Shown piece by piece: positions 1 to 9,658 of a stretch of 39,625 bases of DNA. The translations under genes and the position numbers were made by a program. This DNA comes from Sulfurospirillum sp. (GTDB lineage Bacteria; Campylobacterota; Campylobacteria; Campylobacterales; Sulfurospirillaceae). The first letter of the stretch is position 1, and each line of letters begins with the position of its first letter. The notes beneath the pieces are model-generated. The model had not been told where the DNA came from. It searched no databases and was given only the letters and a program-made list of their open reading frames with translations. The stretch covers positions 1-39,625 of the forward strand of contig JASFYR010000034.1 of assembly GCA_045047115.1 (NCBI GenBank), in the 5' to 3' direction.

Positions 1-41
1 ACTGCAGCTTACTGTTGTGGAAATGTAGGTCGCTGCCGGAT
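1..41 (+). rRNA. rrf: 5S rRNA, 3' end (partial, truncated by window start)
   Basis: ACTGCAGCTTACTGTTGTGGAAATGTAGGTCGCTGCCGGA matches the typical 5S 3' half (...GATACT...GG-AA-GTAGGTCGCTGCC); followed by AT-rich non-coding DNA. Exact 3' end approximate. Confidence 0.8.
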
Positions 42-142
42 TCTTGGAATTTAATACTTCAAATATACTTTTAATAATTATTTATCAACTTTTTATTTTA
101 TTTATTAATTCTTTTTACAAAGGCATACTTTAGTAGTTTGTT

Positions 143-718
143 TTATTTCTTTTTTGGTTTTAGATAAAAAAGATGGGGTTTGTTGTCTCCATACTCTACT
201 TGAGAATACTCTCTTTCGTTTAGTATTTTGCTTATTTCGCTGTCTTTATCGTCTAAATCACCAAAAATTCTTACTTTTGCAGGGCAAGTTATCTGGCAGG
301 CTGTTGTGGTTTCTCCTCTTGCAAGTCTTGTGTCAGAACAGAAGATGCACTTATCGGCAAATTTTCTTTTAGTATCTACATATCTAGCTTCATATGGACA
401 AACATCTATGCACTTCATACATAATATACATGTGGAGGCATCGGTTAAAACAAGACCATTTTTACTTTTTGTGATTGCATTTGTCGGACAGACAGGCAGA
501 CAAAAAGGATTTGTGCACTCTTGGCACTGCTGGACTGGTTTAAATGAACCCTTGTCTCTCTTCAGTGAAAAATAATCCCCTTCTAAATCTTCAGATTTTA
601 TCCAGAGCCTATGTTTGTCTGCACCTAATTCTATGCCGTTTTCCTCTTTGCATGCTACTACACAGGCTTTGCAGTTTATACAGAGTTCATAGTCAAATGC
701 CATAGCATACTGCATCAT
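143..718 (-). CDS. Four-cluster 4Fe-4S electron-transfer subunit (PsrB/PhsB/DmsB family)
   Basis: Four Cys groups: CINCKACVVAC, CQECTNPFCLPVCP, CILCMKCIDVCP, KCIFC...ACQITCP, then the RIFGDLDD motif; ATGA overlap with the upstream molybdoenzyme. Confidence 0.92.
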   Translation of the reverse strand: MMQYAMAFDYELCINCKACVVACKEENGIELGADKHRLWIKSEDLEGDYFSLKRDKGSFKPVQQCQECTNPFCLPVCPTNAITKSKNGLVLTDASTCILCMKCIDVCPYEARYVDTKRKFADKCIFCSDTRLARGETTTACQITCPAKVRIFGDLDDKDSEISKILNEREYSQVEYGDNKPHLFYLKPKKK

Positions 719-3057
719 ATTTTCCTTATCTCTACATTTGTTTCATTCATTACGGCATCGCCATAGACTGGTTCCATTTTATCTTCTATTATCTCATTGT
801 CGCTTACACCATTTCCGTAGGCATTTGTAAGTTCTTTGGAACTTTCTCCAAAGCCGTGAGCAAAAAAGAGTATATCAGGAGCTATTTTATTTGTTGGATA
901 TGCTTTTATATGTATAGAAGATATTGAGCTTTTAACCTCTACCAAATCACCTAGCGTAATATTAAGTTTTTTTGCAACTTTATTGTTTATCCACAAGTGA
1001 TTTGTCGACATCACATCTCTTAGCATTTCATTGTTGGATGTTGCACTTTGTGTGAAGTAGATATATCGTCCTGTTATCAGCCTATATTTGCCTTTGGGTA
1101 CAAAATAGTCATATTCATCTCTCCATAAAGGGAAAGGATCAAGATTGTATCTTGACATTTTTACTAGTTTGCAGTTGACTTTATAGTCAATATCGATACT
1201 ATAAAACCTTTTATTTGGAGGATAGTATTCATAGGTGTTATTAAAGAGTTTTTGATGGTACTTCTCCATATTTGGATACCAAACTCCCTTGTTTTTTAAG
1301 CTTTTATAGGCTTCAATTCCATATATTTTCACTATCATCTCTTTGTTTCTCTGTGTAACTGTTTTTTTATAGAGTTCAGTCATATCATATCCTCCCTCTT
1401 CAAAAGCTTTTCTTTCACCTAAATCAGCTATAGATTCTATAAGTGCTTTATCAAACCGTTTACTTATCTCAAACAGAGGCTTATTTAATTTTCTGCCTAA
1501 TCTTTTTAGGATTGTATGTAGAGGCTTACTTTCATATAGTGGTTCTACAACCTGATTCCTTAGAGCAATGGAAGGTTCAAGTGCATTAAAATTTACTGCC
1601 AAATCTTCTCTTTCAAGGTAAGTACATTCTGGCAGTATGATATCTGCCATCACAGCAGTATCGCTTGGCATAGTATCTATTACAACTATAAGATCCAGTT
1701 TTTGCAAGAGTTTTTTTGTTTTATTTATATCTGGAATGCCTTGCATTATATTATGTTTTCTAACAAAGAGAGCTCTTACATCATATGGTGCTTTTTCATT
1801 TAAAACCATATCTCTGAAGTTTAACCAACTTCCAGCTTTTGCAGATCCATAAGTGATACCGTTAAGATCAAATCTATCTTTTGAGTTTGAGTATAGGGGC
1901 TCGTTGACCTCAATCTCCGGAAGTTTGAGAGGTTTTCCATATATGATACCGCCTTTTTTGTTTAAATTTCCCGCAAGAGCATTTAAAAGAACCATAGCTC
2001 TTCTAAACTGAAAATCATTACTGCTTCCCACACTTCTTCTGCCAGGGTGAAAAAGCGGTCTTTTTGCACCGAAAAACTCTCTTGTAATTTGTTCAATCAA
2101 AGAAGCTTTGATACCGCATTTCTGCTCTGCCCATTGTGGGGTATATTTGCTTTTCAAGATTAGATTTTTATACTCCCTAAAATCTTTAAAGTGCTTCTTG
2201 ACGATATCTTTTTGGTATAGTTCATTTTTAAATGCCACATAAGTCATAGCAAGACAAAATGCCAAGTCAGTCCCCGGTTTTATAGGTAGCCAAATATCAG
2301 CTTTTATAGCGCTCACAGTGCATCTTGGGTCTATAACGATAATTTTCCCGTCTCTCTTTTTTGCAAGTTCTATACTGTCTGGAGTGACTAATGATTCAAG
2401 TCTGTTGGAGCCTGCAAATATAGTATAATCACTTCCTGCCACGTCAGGCTCACCTACTGTGCCAATAGTTAAAAGATAGGCTCCTAAGCGGGTATTTAGG
2501 CAGATCGATCCTTCATCTAAAAAATTAGAGCTTCCTAGTTTGCCTCCAAAAAATTTTATCATTTCCTCTTTTTCAAATCCTTCACCATTGCAGTATGCTA
2601 TGGTTGAGCGGTTATCTTTCTCCTCTTCTAGTATTTTTACCAAAGAGTCTTTTATATACTCAAGTGCTTCATCCCATGTTGCTCTTTTATATTTTCCATC
2701 ACCTCTTTTACCTATTCTTATAAGTGGGTATTTTAATCTATCCGGGTCGTAAAGAGCCTGTATACCGGAATTTCCTTTGGGGCAGAGCATATTTCTACTC
2801 TTTGGAAAGTATGGATTTGGATTTAGTTTGGTAACTATGCCGTCTTCTATCCGGGCAAATCCTGCACATTTGTTTCTGCACATATTACAAAGATAAGGGA
2901 TATTTTTGGCAATTGAATCAGAAGTTTTTGTGGTGATTGGAATGTTTGAAATATTAATTTTTGGTTTTTCTTCTCCAAAAAGATTGACACTGCTTCCGTA
3001 TATGGAAAGTGCAATACTCTGTTTTAGAAATTTTCTTCTTGATGTCTCTATGAGCAT
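715..3057 (-). CDS. Tat-exported Mo/W-bisPGD oxidoreductase catalytic subunit, polysulfide/thiosulfate reductase (PsrA/PhsA)-like
   Basis: Twin-arginine signal SRRKFLK; FS0 cluster CNMCRNKC...LCPKG; YDPDRLKYPL; probable Cys metal ligand in SICLNTR; SDTAVMADIILPECTYLER motif. Substrate not determinable from sequence. Confidence 0.85.
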   Translation of the reverse strand: MLIETSRRKFLKQSIALSIYGSSVNLFGEEKPKINISNIPITTKTSDSIAKNIPYLCNMCRNKCAGFARIEDGIVTKLNPNPYFPKSRNMLCPKGNSGIQALYDPDRLKYPLIRIGKRGDGKYKRATWDEALEYIKDSLVKILEEEKDNRSTIAYCNGEGFEKEEMIKFFGGKLGSSNFLDEGSICLNTRLGAYLLTIGTVGEPDVAGSDYTIFAGSNRLESLVTPDSIELAKKRDGKIIVIDPRCTVSAIKADIWLPIKPGTDLAFCLAMTYVAFKNELYQKDIVKKHFKDFREYKNLILKSKYTPQWAEQKCGIKASLIEQITREFFGAKRPLFHPGRRSVGSSNDFQFRRAMVLLNALAGNLNKKGGIIYGKPLKLPEIEVNEPLYSNSKDRFDLNGITYGSAKAGSWLNFRDMVLNEKAPYDVRALFVRKHNIMQGIPDINKTKKLLQKLDLIVVIDTMPSDTAVMADIILPECTYLEREDLAVNFNALEPSIALRNQVVEPLYESKPLHTILKRLGRKLNKPLFEISKRFDKALIESIADLGERKAFEEGGYDMTELYKKTVTQRNKEMIVKIYGIEAYKSLKNKGVWYPNMEKYHQKLFNNTYEYYPPNKRFYSIDIDYKVNCKLVKMSRYNLDPFPLWRDEYDYFVPKGKYRLITGRYIYFTQSATSNNEMLRDVMSTNHLWINNKVAKKLNITLGDLVEVKSSISSIHIKAYPTNKIAPDILFFAHGFGESSKELTNAYGNGVSDNEIIEDKMEPVYGDAVMNETNVEIRKI

Positions 3058-3226
3058 TTTATACCTTAAGAACTGACCTTACTTTGTAAGGCGAGTTAAA
3101 AAATTTTGTTTATTATACACTACAATTTTAAATGCAATATATCCATTTTAATAAAATTAAGGAAAATTAATGTAGAATATAAGGACAATTAAAACATAAA
3201 ATATATTAAAGTAAAATAAATTTTAC

Positions 3227-3262
3227 ATAAAGATAAAAATTTAAATTAAATTTTATCTTTAT
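3227..3262. promoter_or_regulatory. 12-bp perfect inverted repeat in divergent promoter region (candidate operator)
   Basis: ATAAAGATAAAA-N12-TTTTATCTTTAT; AT-rich context lowers significance. Confidence 0.35.
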
Positions 3263-3358
3263 TTGGATACCATTTCAGTATGTAAAAGTTTTATTACTTT
3301 TGTAAGAAGTTTTCAATTGTATTTTCAATTGTTTCGTTAATAAATTCGGAGGTTTAAA

Positions 3359-4876
3359 ATGAAAAGGTTAATTGCCCCAATATTGATTGGTGCTGTGTTT
3401 GGTTCTTTTGCTATGGCAAAAGATATGGATATGAAGGCTGAGATAGAGGCTTTAAAAACTCAGATGAAAGAGCTTAAAGCTGCTCAAAAGAAGATCAATA
3501 TAGCATCTTTTAAAAAACAGTTTTATGAGGTAAAGGCCCATGATGCACATGATAATATAAAATTTAGTGCAGATTTAAGAACAGCTTATGATATTGTTGA
3601 TTATAAGATTAATGGTGCTCCAAGTAAAAGTAATGGTATTTGGACAAATAAATTTACGCTCAAGATGGCGGCTCAACCAAGAGATGACTTAGTTTTCCAC
3701 GGAGCTTTAGGAATTTATAAAGCATTTGGAGTTAATAATGGAGCTGCTTACAATGGGTTCCAAAACTTTGACTGGTATGCAAATGAGACACCGAGTGGTG
3801 ATGCTGTGTTTAGACTCAAAGAGGCATACTTTATCTACTTTGGAAAAGCTGGAAATGTACCATATACTGTAAGTTTTGGTAGAAGACCGGCTACTGATGG
3901 ATTTTTGACAAATTACAGGGACTACAAGGATAGACCAGCCTCTCCTATAGGACACAATATAAATATGGAATTTGATGGTGCAAGTTTTATGGCAAAACTT
4001 GAAGATGTGACCGGAATTCCTGGATTTAGCGCTAAACTTTGTATAGGCAGAGGAAATTCAAATGCAGATGGCAAATATCCTGCATTTACAGGTTATCCTG
4101 TCATGACAAGTGTTTATCCTAGTCTAACCCAAACACCTTATGTCCAAAGCAAGTGGGATTCAGCAAATATGGATTTGGCAGGCATTATAATGGATTTGTA
4201 TAATGATGGTCAATATACTGTTATGTTTAACTACTTTAAGGCTTGGAATATGATGGGAGCTAACTTCGCTTATGCCAATGGATCCAATGGAGCAAATGGA
4301 TATGCAGTAAATTTAACAGATGTTGGTGATATGACCGGTGGTGCATTGTCTTTTCAGACCTCAGGTATAGGCGATGGTATAAATGATTTTCTTGACGATA
4401 CAAATTTCTTTGCATCATTTGCGTGGAATAAAACAGATCCAAAAGGACAACATGGCGTCATAGTAGATCAGTTTGGTACGGTTCAATCCATTAAAGAGAT
4501 GCTTGGTTCCCCGAACAGTAAAACTGGTACATCTTACTATGTTGGTGTAAATTTCCCTTGTGTTTTGGTTGATGGTGCTAGATGGGGACTTGAGTACAAT
4601 CATGGTAGTAAATACTGGAGAAGTTTTGACTACGGAGAAGATACTCTTATCGGTTCGAAATTATCAACCAGAGGAGATGCTTATGAAGTATTTTATAACT
4701 TGCCAATCCTTGGTAAATACTTGACAGCTCAAGTTAGGTATACATATATAGATTATGCTTATACAGGAAGCGATATGTTCTTTGGTTCAACTGGAACACC
4801 TATGGATGTTGATACAACACCAGGTGCAGTTAAGAGCGCATCTGATTTAAGACTTTTTGTCAGATATAGATACTAG
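3359..4876 (+). CDS. DUF3373-type outer-membrane beta-barrel (porin-like) protein
   Basis: Signal peptide (AFA/AMA cleavage), N-terminal coiled coil (EIEALKTQMKELK), EAYFIY and SFGRRPATDG motifs, aromatic C-terminus LFVRYRY; strong SD GGAGG. Confidence 0.75.
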   Translation: MKRLIAPILIGAVFGSFAMAKDMDMKAEIEALKTQMKELKAAQKKINIASFKKQFYEVKAHDAHDNIKFSADLRTAYDIVDYKINGAPSKSNGIWTNKFTLKMAAQPRDDLVFHGALGIYKAFGVNNGAAYNGFQNFDWYANETPSGDAVFRLKEAYFIYFGKAGNVPYTVSFGRRPATDGFLTNYRDYKDRPASPIGHNINMEFDGASFMAKLEDVTGIPGFSAKLCIGRGNSNADGKYPAFTGYPVMTSVYPSLTQTPYVQSKWDSANMDLAGIIMDLYNDGQYTVMFNYFKAWNMMGANFAYANGSNGANGYAVNLTDVGDMTGGALSFQTSGIGDGINDFLDDTNFFASFAWNKTDPKGQHGVIVDQFGTVQSIKEMLGSPNSKTGTSYYVGVNFPCVLVDGARWGLEYNHGSKYWRSFDYGEDTLIGSKLSTRGDAYEVFYNLPILGKYLTAQVRYTYIDYAYTGSDMFFGSTGTPMDVDTTPGAVKSASDLRLFVRYRY

Positions 4877-4883
4877 ATATCAT

Positions 4884-4930
4884 AAAAAAGTGCAGGGAGA
4901 GGCTTTGAGCCTTTCCCCTAATTTTTCTTT
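4884..4930. terminator. Probable bidirectional intrinsic terminator
   Basis: Stem GGGAGAGGCT-ttg-AGCCTTTCCC (4895-4917) with an A-run before and a T-rich run after, between convergent genes. Confidence 0.7.
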
Positions 4931-6123
4931 ATTGTACTTTCAAGCATATTTTTTGCAACTTCCCAAGCCCTAAGCCCTAATTTTTTTGCTTCATTTGTTG
5001 CTTTTTTTGTAGTTTCACTCTGCTTTATGTTCTCTAGTGTTTCGTTTGCTTTTTTTCCAAGCTCGCTCATATCTTTTTTGAGGGTTTCGAGTTTTACTTC
5101 AGCTTTCTCTTTTAGATCATCGATAGATACTTCTGGTTTTAGTCCATCCAGTCTCCATGAAATTGCCTCTTTCGCTTCATTTGCTGCTCTTTTTATCTTC
5201 TCTACCGAACTGTCATATCTTTCAATTTTTTCATTCAGAGTTTTTTGTACCTTTCCGTCATATTTATTTGAGAACTCTTTTAGTATTGAGATGTATTCAT
5301 CTTCAATCTTTGTCAGATCTTTTTTTACCAAATCAAAGTCCTGATTAAATATCTCACCATCATCAAGTGGAGTAAACTTTATATCGTTTTTAAACTTTTC
5401 AATAGCTTTAAGTATGCCCTCTTGGGTACCCTCGCAGGCTCCGCTAACAAGCTCTTTCGAAAAGGCCATATTTGTATCTGCAAGCTCTAGGGCTACATCT
5501 ATGATGGTCTTTGTGATATTTAGAAATCTTCTTTTTACAAATTCGCCATCTTTAATGGCTTGATAGGTTAGATTTTTTGTAATTTGAAAAGTAGTGTCTT
5601 CTATGTCACTTCCTTTTTCAAGGGTGGTTAAAAGTGCTTCCTGGGTTGTTTCTCTTAAGATCCCAAGCATTTCAAGTGCATTTAGTTTTGTATCATTTAA
5701 AGCTCTTAACGCTGTCTCTTTTAAATCCTCTGGCAAGGAATCAATATGTCTTTCCAGAATATTATAGGTATAGGCGATACTATTTTGTATCTCTTTTTTT
5801 TGTTTTTGTGCAGATTTTTCAAGCTGTTCTATCTCATAAATAGTTTTATACAAGAACTCTTCTTTGTCATAATTTACAGCTTTTAAGAGGCCGTCAATCA
5901 CGGCTGATATATTTGTGGAGTTTTTTAAGTTCTCGTTTTGCAGTATCTTACAATATTGCTCAAAAAGCTCTGCAATCCTGTTTTGTATCTTTTTGTCATC
6001 TTTAAGACGCTGAATCTTTTTTTTGGAGAGTTCAAAGCTAAGATCACCCAGTATCTTTGTAAATTGCTGATTATCTCTGTTTGCTTTTATCATGTTTGAA
6101 AAAATTGTTTGGATTGACTCCAT
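4918..6123 (-). CDS. Hypothetical alpha-helical/coiled-coil protein
   Basis: 401-aa K/E-rich ORF with SD (GGAGG) 12 nt downstream of the YbeD-like gene; no catalytic motif recognised. Confidence 0.75.
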   Translation of the reverse strand: MESIQTIFSNMIKANRDNQQFTKILGDLSFELSKKKIQRLKDDKKIQNRIAELFEQYCKILQNENLKNSTNISAVIDGLLKAVNYDKEEFLYKTIYEIEQLEKSAQKQKKEIQNSIAYTYNILERHIDSLPEDLKETALRALNDTKLNALEMLGILRETTQEALLTTLEKGSDIEDTTFQITKNLTYQAIKDGEFVKRRFLNITKTIIDVALELADTNMAFSKELVSGACEGTQEGILKAIEKFKNDIKFTPLDDGEIFNQDFDLVKKDLTKIEDEYISILKEFSNKYDGKVQKTLNEKIERYDSSVEKIKRAANEAKEAISWRLDGLKPEVSIDDLKEKAEVKLETLKKDMSELGKKANETLENIKQSETTKKATNEAKKLGLRAWEVAKNMLESTIKKN

Positions 6124-6134
6124 TTTATACCTCC

Positions 6135-6401
6135 TTAGAGTACAAATTTGATTTTATTGTGCTGTTTTAGCTCATCAAAAAGAGCAATTCTGTCATCATT
6201 GTTGTGAACCAAAACTTCCAAAGAGTGGCTTGAGTATTTGCCTTTTGAGCTGTTGTTTGATTTTTTTACACTGTGGTCTCTATTTTTTAATACATCTTTA
6301 GCTATCTTTTTGGCGTCGTCATCTTTGTTTATAATCATCTTGTACTGCCAATTACAAGGATAGTCCAGTTTAAGCTCTTTCGTATTTTCCACTTTTTCCA
6401 C
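6135..6401 (-). CDS. YbeD/DUF493 (HP0495-like) protein
   Basis: [10 protein letters not shown]...[11 protein letters not shown]...IKFVL pattern typical of DUF493. Confidence 0.85.
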   Translation of the reverse strand: MEKVENTKELKLDYPCNWQYKMIINKDDDAKKIAKDVLKNRDHSVKKSNNSSKGKYSSHSLEVLVHNNDDRIALFDELKQHNKIKFVL

Positions 6402-6843
6402 CGTCCTTTTTCTCTAGTAAAACATCGCTTATAACCATAGACCTATCTATCGCTTTTGCCATATCATATATAGTTAAAAGTCCAATACTAACACCTGTCA
6501 ATGCTTCCATCTCTACTCCTGTTTGACCTCTTAGTTTTGCAGTAACATAGAGTTTAAATCCTGGTAATTCAGGTAGCTCATCAACATCACAATTTACAGA
6601 AGTAAGCATCAAAGGATGACACATGGGTATAAGGTCGCTTGTCCTTTTTGTGCCTAAAATTGCAGCTATGACAGCAGTTTGTATAACCGGACCTTTCTTT
6701 GCTTTTTCTTTAACTATCTTTTCATAAGCTTCTTGGCTCATAGTGATGGTCCCACTAGCTTTAGCGACTCTAAATGTGTCTGCTTTTTCTGAGACATCTA
6801 CCATTTTTGGTCTGTCTTTTTCGTCCAAATGTGTCAATTTCAT
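6370..6843 (-). CDS. moaC: Cyclic pyranopterin monophosphate synthase MoaC
   Basis: [42 protein letters not shown] motifs. Confidence 0.97.
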   Translation of the reverse strand: MKLTHLDEKDRPKMVDVSEKADTFRVAKASGTITMSQEAYEKIVKEKAKKGPVIQTAVIAAILGTKRTSDLIPMCHPLMLTSVNCDVDELPELPGFKLYVTAKLRGQTGVEMEALTGVSIGLLTIYDMAKAIDRSMVISDVLLEKKDGGKSGKYERA

Positions 6844-6855
6844 TTCATTTCTCCT

Positions 6856-7452
6856 TTAAAATCCTAATTTTTCGTCAACTATGATTATATGGGTTCTGCC
6901 TTTTACATCGCCATTTATATATGCAAATTTATTTGCGATGTTATCTAAATTATATTTTGGTTCTTTGCCCATGCTTTTTGCTTTTAAGTTCATCCTCTCT
7001 ATATTTTTTACAGCAGCTATTTGCATGATACGATCAAACCCGTCTTTTAGAGTAGGAACAATTTTATTTTTACCTACTATTAACAGAACTTTTTTTGGAC
7101 CAAATATCTGAGCTGCCACGCGATTTCCACTACCGTCAGCATTTACAAGTTCACCGTTTTGCGTGATAGCATTGCACCCGGTAACATAAAGATCTGATAA
7201 AAGACCATGCCTTCTCCTGCTAAGATTTTCTTCCATGCTTATGCCGCTTTCATATTGGTTATAAACTTTTAATTTCTTTTGCCCCAGTATGTAGTCTTGT
7301 AAGCCGATTTGTACAACACTGGTTGAACCGCCAAAGCCGACGCTGGAGATATCTTTCAAAAAGGTTTTTGCGATATTTAATGCTTTTTCTTTATTATTTG
7401 CAAAATAAACACTAAAACCGTTTTTTTCTAATTTTTGTTGCAATTGATTCAT
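6856..7452 (-). CDS. LUD domain (lactate utilization LutC/YkgG-like) protein
   Basis: GFGGSTS, TGCNAITQNGELVNADGSGNRVAA, FGPKKV..VGKNKIV; start moved to ATG at 7452, which has SD AAGGA. Confidence 0.8.
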   Translation of the reverse strand: MNQLQQKLEKNGFSVYFANNKEKALNIAKTFLKDISSVGFGGSTSVVQIGLQDYILGQKKLKVYNQYESGISMEENLSRRRHGLLSDLYVTGCNAITQNGELVNADGSGNRVAAQIFGPKKVLLIVGKNKIVPTLKDGFDRIMQIAAVKNIERMNLKAKSMGKEPKYNLDNIANKFAYINGDVKGRTHIIIVDEKLGF

Positions 7453-7518
7453 GATCTTCCTTTTGTCATATTTTATCAAAATTTAGTTATCATTTTAGTA
7501 AATTTTTAAAGGATTTTT

Positions 7519-8643
7519 ATGCGTTGCTCAAAGATGAGTTCATTTATAGTTATGGATATAGTAAGAGATGCCCTAAAATACGAAGATGCTGTACATTTTG
7601 AAGTGGGGCAACCGGATTTAGCACCATCTCCAAAGGTTAAAAAAGCACTTCATGACGCTATAGATGAGGATAGATTTTCTTATACTGAAAGTCTAGGACT
7701 GTTAGAATTGCGAGAAAAGATAGCCAAGCAATATAAAAAAACTTATAATTTAGACATAGACCCAAAGAGGATATTTTTGACTCCCGGAACGAGTGGGGCA
7801 TTTTTGATAGCATACTCTTTGACACTAAAAAACTCTGCAAAACTAGGGCTTAGTGATCCATCATATCCTTGTTATAAAAATTTTGCTTATATGATGGATA
7901 TAAAGCCTATTTTTATGCCTATTAGCAAGAGAGATGATTTTGAGCTACATGTAGAGGACTTAGTGGAGAATAAGCTAGATGCTTTACAAATCTCATCTCC
8001 GTCAAATCCGACAGGAAACATATATAAAAGAGAAAATTTAAAGGATTTGGTTAAATATTGCGATAAAAATGATATAGCTTTTATATCGGATGAACTATAC
8101 CATGGTCTGACATATGAGGGTGAAGCAAGTTGTGCTTTAGAGTTTAGTGACAAGGCTTATGTGGTAAATGGTTTTTCAAAATACTACTGTGTTCCCGGAA
8201 ATAGGCTAGGCTGGATAATAGTCCCGGAAAATAAACTAAAAGAGGCAGAAATCTTAAGTCAAAATCTTTTTATATCCGCCCCGACACTCAGTCAATACGG
8301 TGCGTTGGCTGCATTTGATGATGAGTATCAAGCTATTGTAAAAGAGGAGTTTAAAAAAAGAAGAGACTATCTTTATGGCGAGTTATCACAAATATTTGAG
8401 ATTGATGCTGCTCCACAGGGTGCTTTTTATCTTTGGGCAAATATCTCAAAATATAGTGATGATAGCTTTGCCTTTGCAAAAGAACTTTTGGAAGAAATCC
8501 ATGTTGCCGCAACACCAGGTATAGACTTTGGTAAAAACGGCACAAATAAATATATACGATTCGCATACACTAGAAACATAGAGCATATGAGCGAGGGAGT
8601 GCGAAGGATAAGAAAGCACCTATCTTGTTATCGCAAATCCTAA
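7519..8643 (+). CDS. PLP-dependent aminotransferase class I/II
   Basis: GQPD, SPSNPTG, SDELY, NGFSKYY..PG.RLGW (PLP lysine), IRFAY. Confidence 0.93.
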   Translation: MRCSKMSSFIVMDIVRDALKYEDAVHFEVGQPDLAPSPKVKKALHDAIDEDRFSYTESLGLLELREKIAKQYKKTYNLDIDPKRIFLTPGTSGAFLIAYSLTLKNSAKLGLSDPSYPCYKNFAYMMDIKPIFMPISKRDDFELHVEDLVENKLDALQISSPSNPTGNIYKRENLKDLVKYCDKNDIAFISDELYHGLTYEGEASCALEFSDKAYVVNGFSKYYCVPGNRLGWIIVPENKLKEAEILSQNLFISAPTLSQYGALAAFDDEYQAIVKEEFKKRRDYLYGELSQIFEIDAAPQGAFYLWANISKYSDDSFAFAKELLEEIHVAATPGIDFGKNGTNKYIRFAYTRNIEHMSEGVRRIRKHLSCYRKS

Positions 8644-9612
8644 CCCTATTTTGTCATTTCTTTTATTGTAGTCTATGAGGCTTTCGCCGTAGCCACTAAA
8701 TAGTTGAAGATAGCCAAACACACCGTTGTTTAGGATGGGAAATGTCCAGTCAAATTGCACAGAGCCTCTGTTTGGCGAATCAAGGTTGTTTCTTAGCGTT
8801 AATGAGAAGAGATTTTTTTTGTACGGATATGAGATACTTAAGTCACCATATCCCATGTATTTGTAAATATCTGGATTATCGTCTCCACTTGCGTCAGTCG
8901 GACTTGTCTTTTGTTTTTCTGGAATTCTGTACCAAATACGAGGAGTTATAAAGGCTCCTAAAAATTGAAAATATCCTTGAAGATAGATTCGATTCCAAGA
9001 GCGGGACAGAGTGCCTCCTTGCCCGTTTGACTGATGTAATAGGCCTACTCTGTAAGCTTTTAGATAAGAGCTTGTTTTATAAGGAAGCATCAAAAAAAGT
9101 TCAGGTTCATAATTACTCTCTCTAAATGGAGATGATGAAGCTGCAGTTTGCCAGAAGGAGGTTTGGGTATATGCCAAATAGAGTGAATTTTCAACTCCGA
9201 AAAGGTTTGAAAAGATTCTTTTTTTAAAGCTGACTTGAAATTTTGTTTCAAATCTTTTTCTTCCTTTGTGTTTTGCGAAGTCGTAGGTAGCCGGCAATAG
9301 ATAGTTTATCCTGTATGGCTCGACCCCAAATTTGTCATTTATAATCTGAGCTATCGTATCTCTTGTCTCTTTGTTTGTATATGATTTGAGAATACTCTTT
9401 TTTATATCTGTCAACTCCTCGTTTGGCACATTTTTTTTTGTTATTTTGTGCTTAATAGTAAGGTTTGCAGCTTCTTTGTACAAGAGCATGGCTTTTTTAA
9501 ATTCCCCTCTTTTTTCCGAAAGTTGTGCCTGTTTGTAAAGAGTTGATGCATCACTTGCAAAAAGTGATAAGGTAAAACATGTTATTATTGCGAGGGTTGT
9601 TTTTGTATTCAA
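8620..9612 (-). CDS. pldA: Outer-membrane phospholipase A
   Basis: ETKFQVSFK, SSPFRESNYEPE, catalytic HQSNG, SRSWNRIY, GYGESLIDYN. Confidence 0.95.
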   Translation of the reverse strand: MNTKTTLAIITCFTLSLFASDASTLYKQAQLSEKRGEFKKAMLLYKEAANLTIKHKITKKNVPNEELTDIKKSILKSYTNKETRDTIAQIINDKFGVEPYRINYLLPATYDFAKHKGRKRFETKFQVSFKKRIFSNLFGVENSLYLAYTQTSFWQTAASSSPFRESNYEPELFLMLPYKTSSYLKAYRVGLLHQSNGQGGTLSRSWNRIYLQGYFQFLGAFITPRIWYRIPEKQKTSPTDASGDDNPDIYKYMGYGDLSISYPYKKNLFSLTLRNNLDSPNRGSVQFDWTFPILNNGVFGYLQLFSGYGESLIDYNKRNDKIGLGFAITR

Positions 9613-9658
9613 GAGTAATCCTTAAGTTTTTGAAAATTTTAGCACATTTAGGAGAGTT

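Noticed and set aside
42..142. Terminator after the 5S rRNA or a third subunit gene after the 4Fe-4S gene
   Set aside because: No convincing hairpin and no open frame (ATG CCT TTG TAA only).
3058..3117. Moco riboswitch upstream of the molybdoenzyme
   Set aside because: Predicted leader is only about 50 nt with one small hairpin; too short for that motif.
3262..3282. Sigma54 promoter (TTGG...) upstream of the outer-membrane protein
   Set aside because: No TGC at the -12 position.
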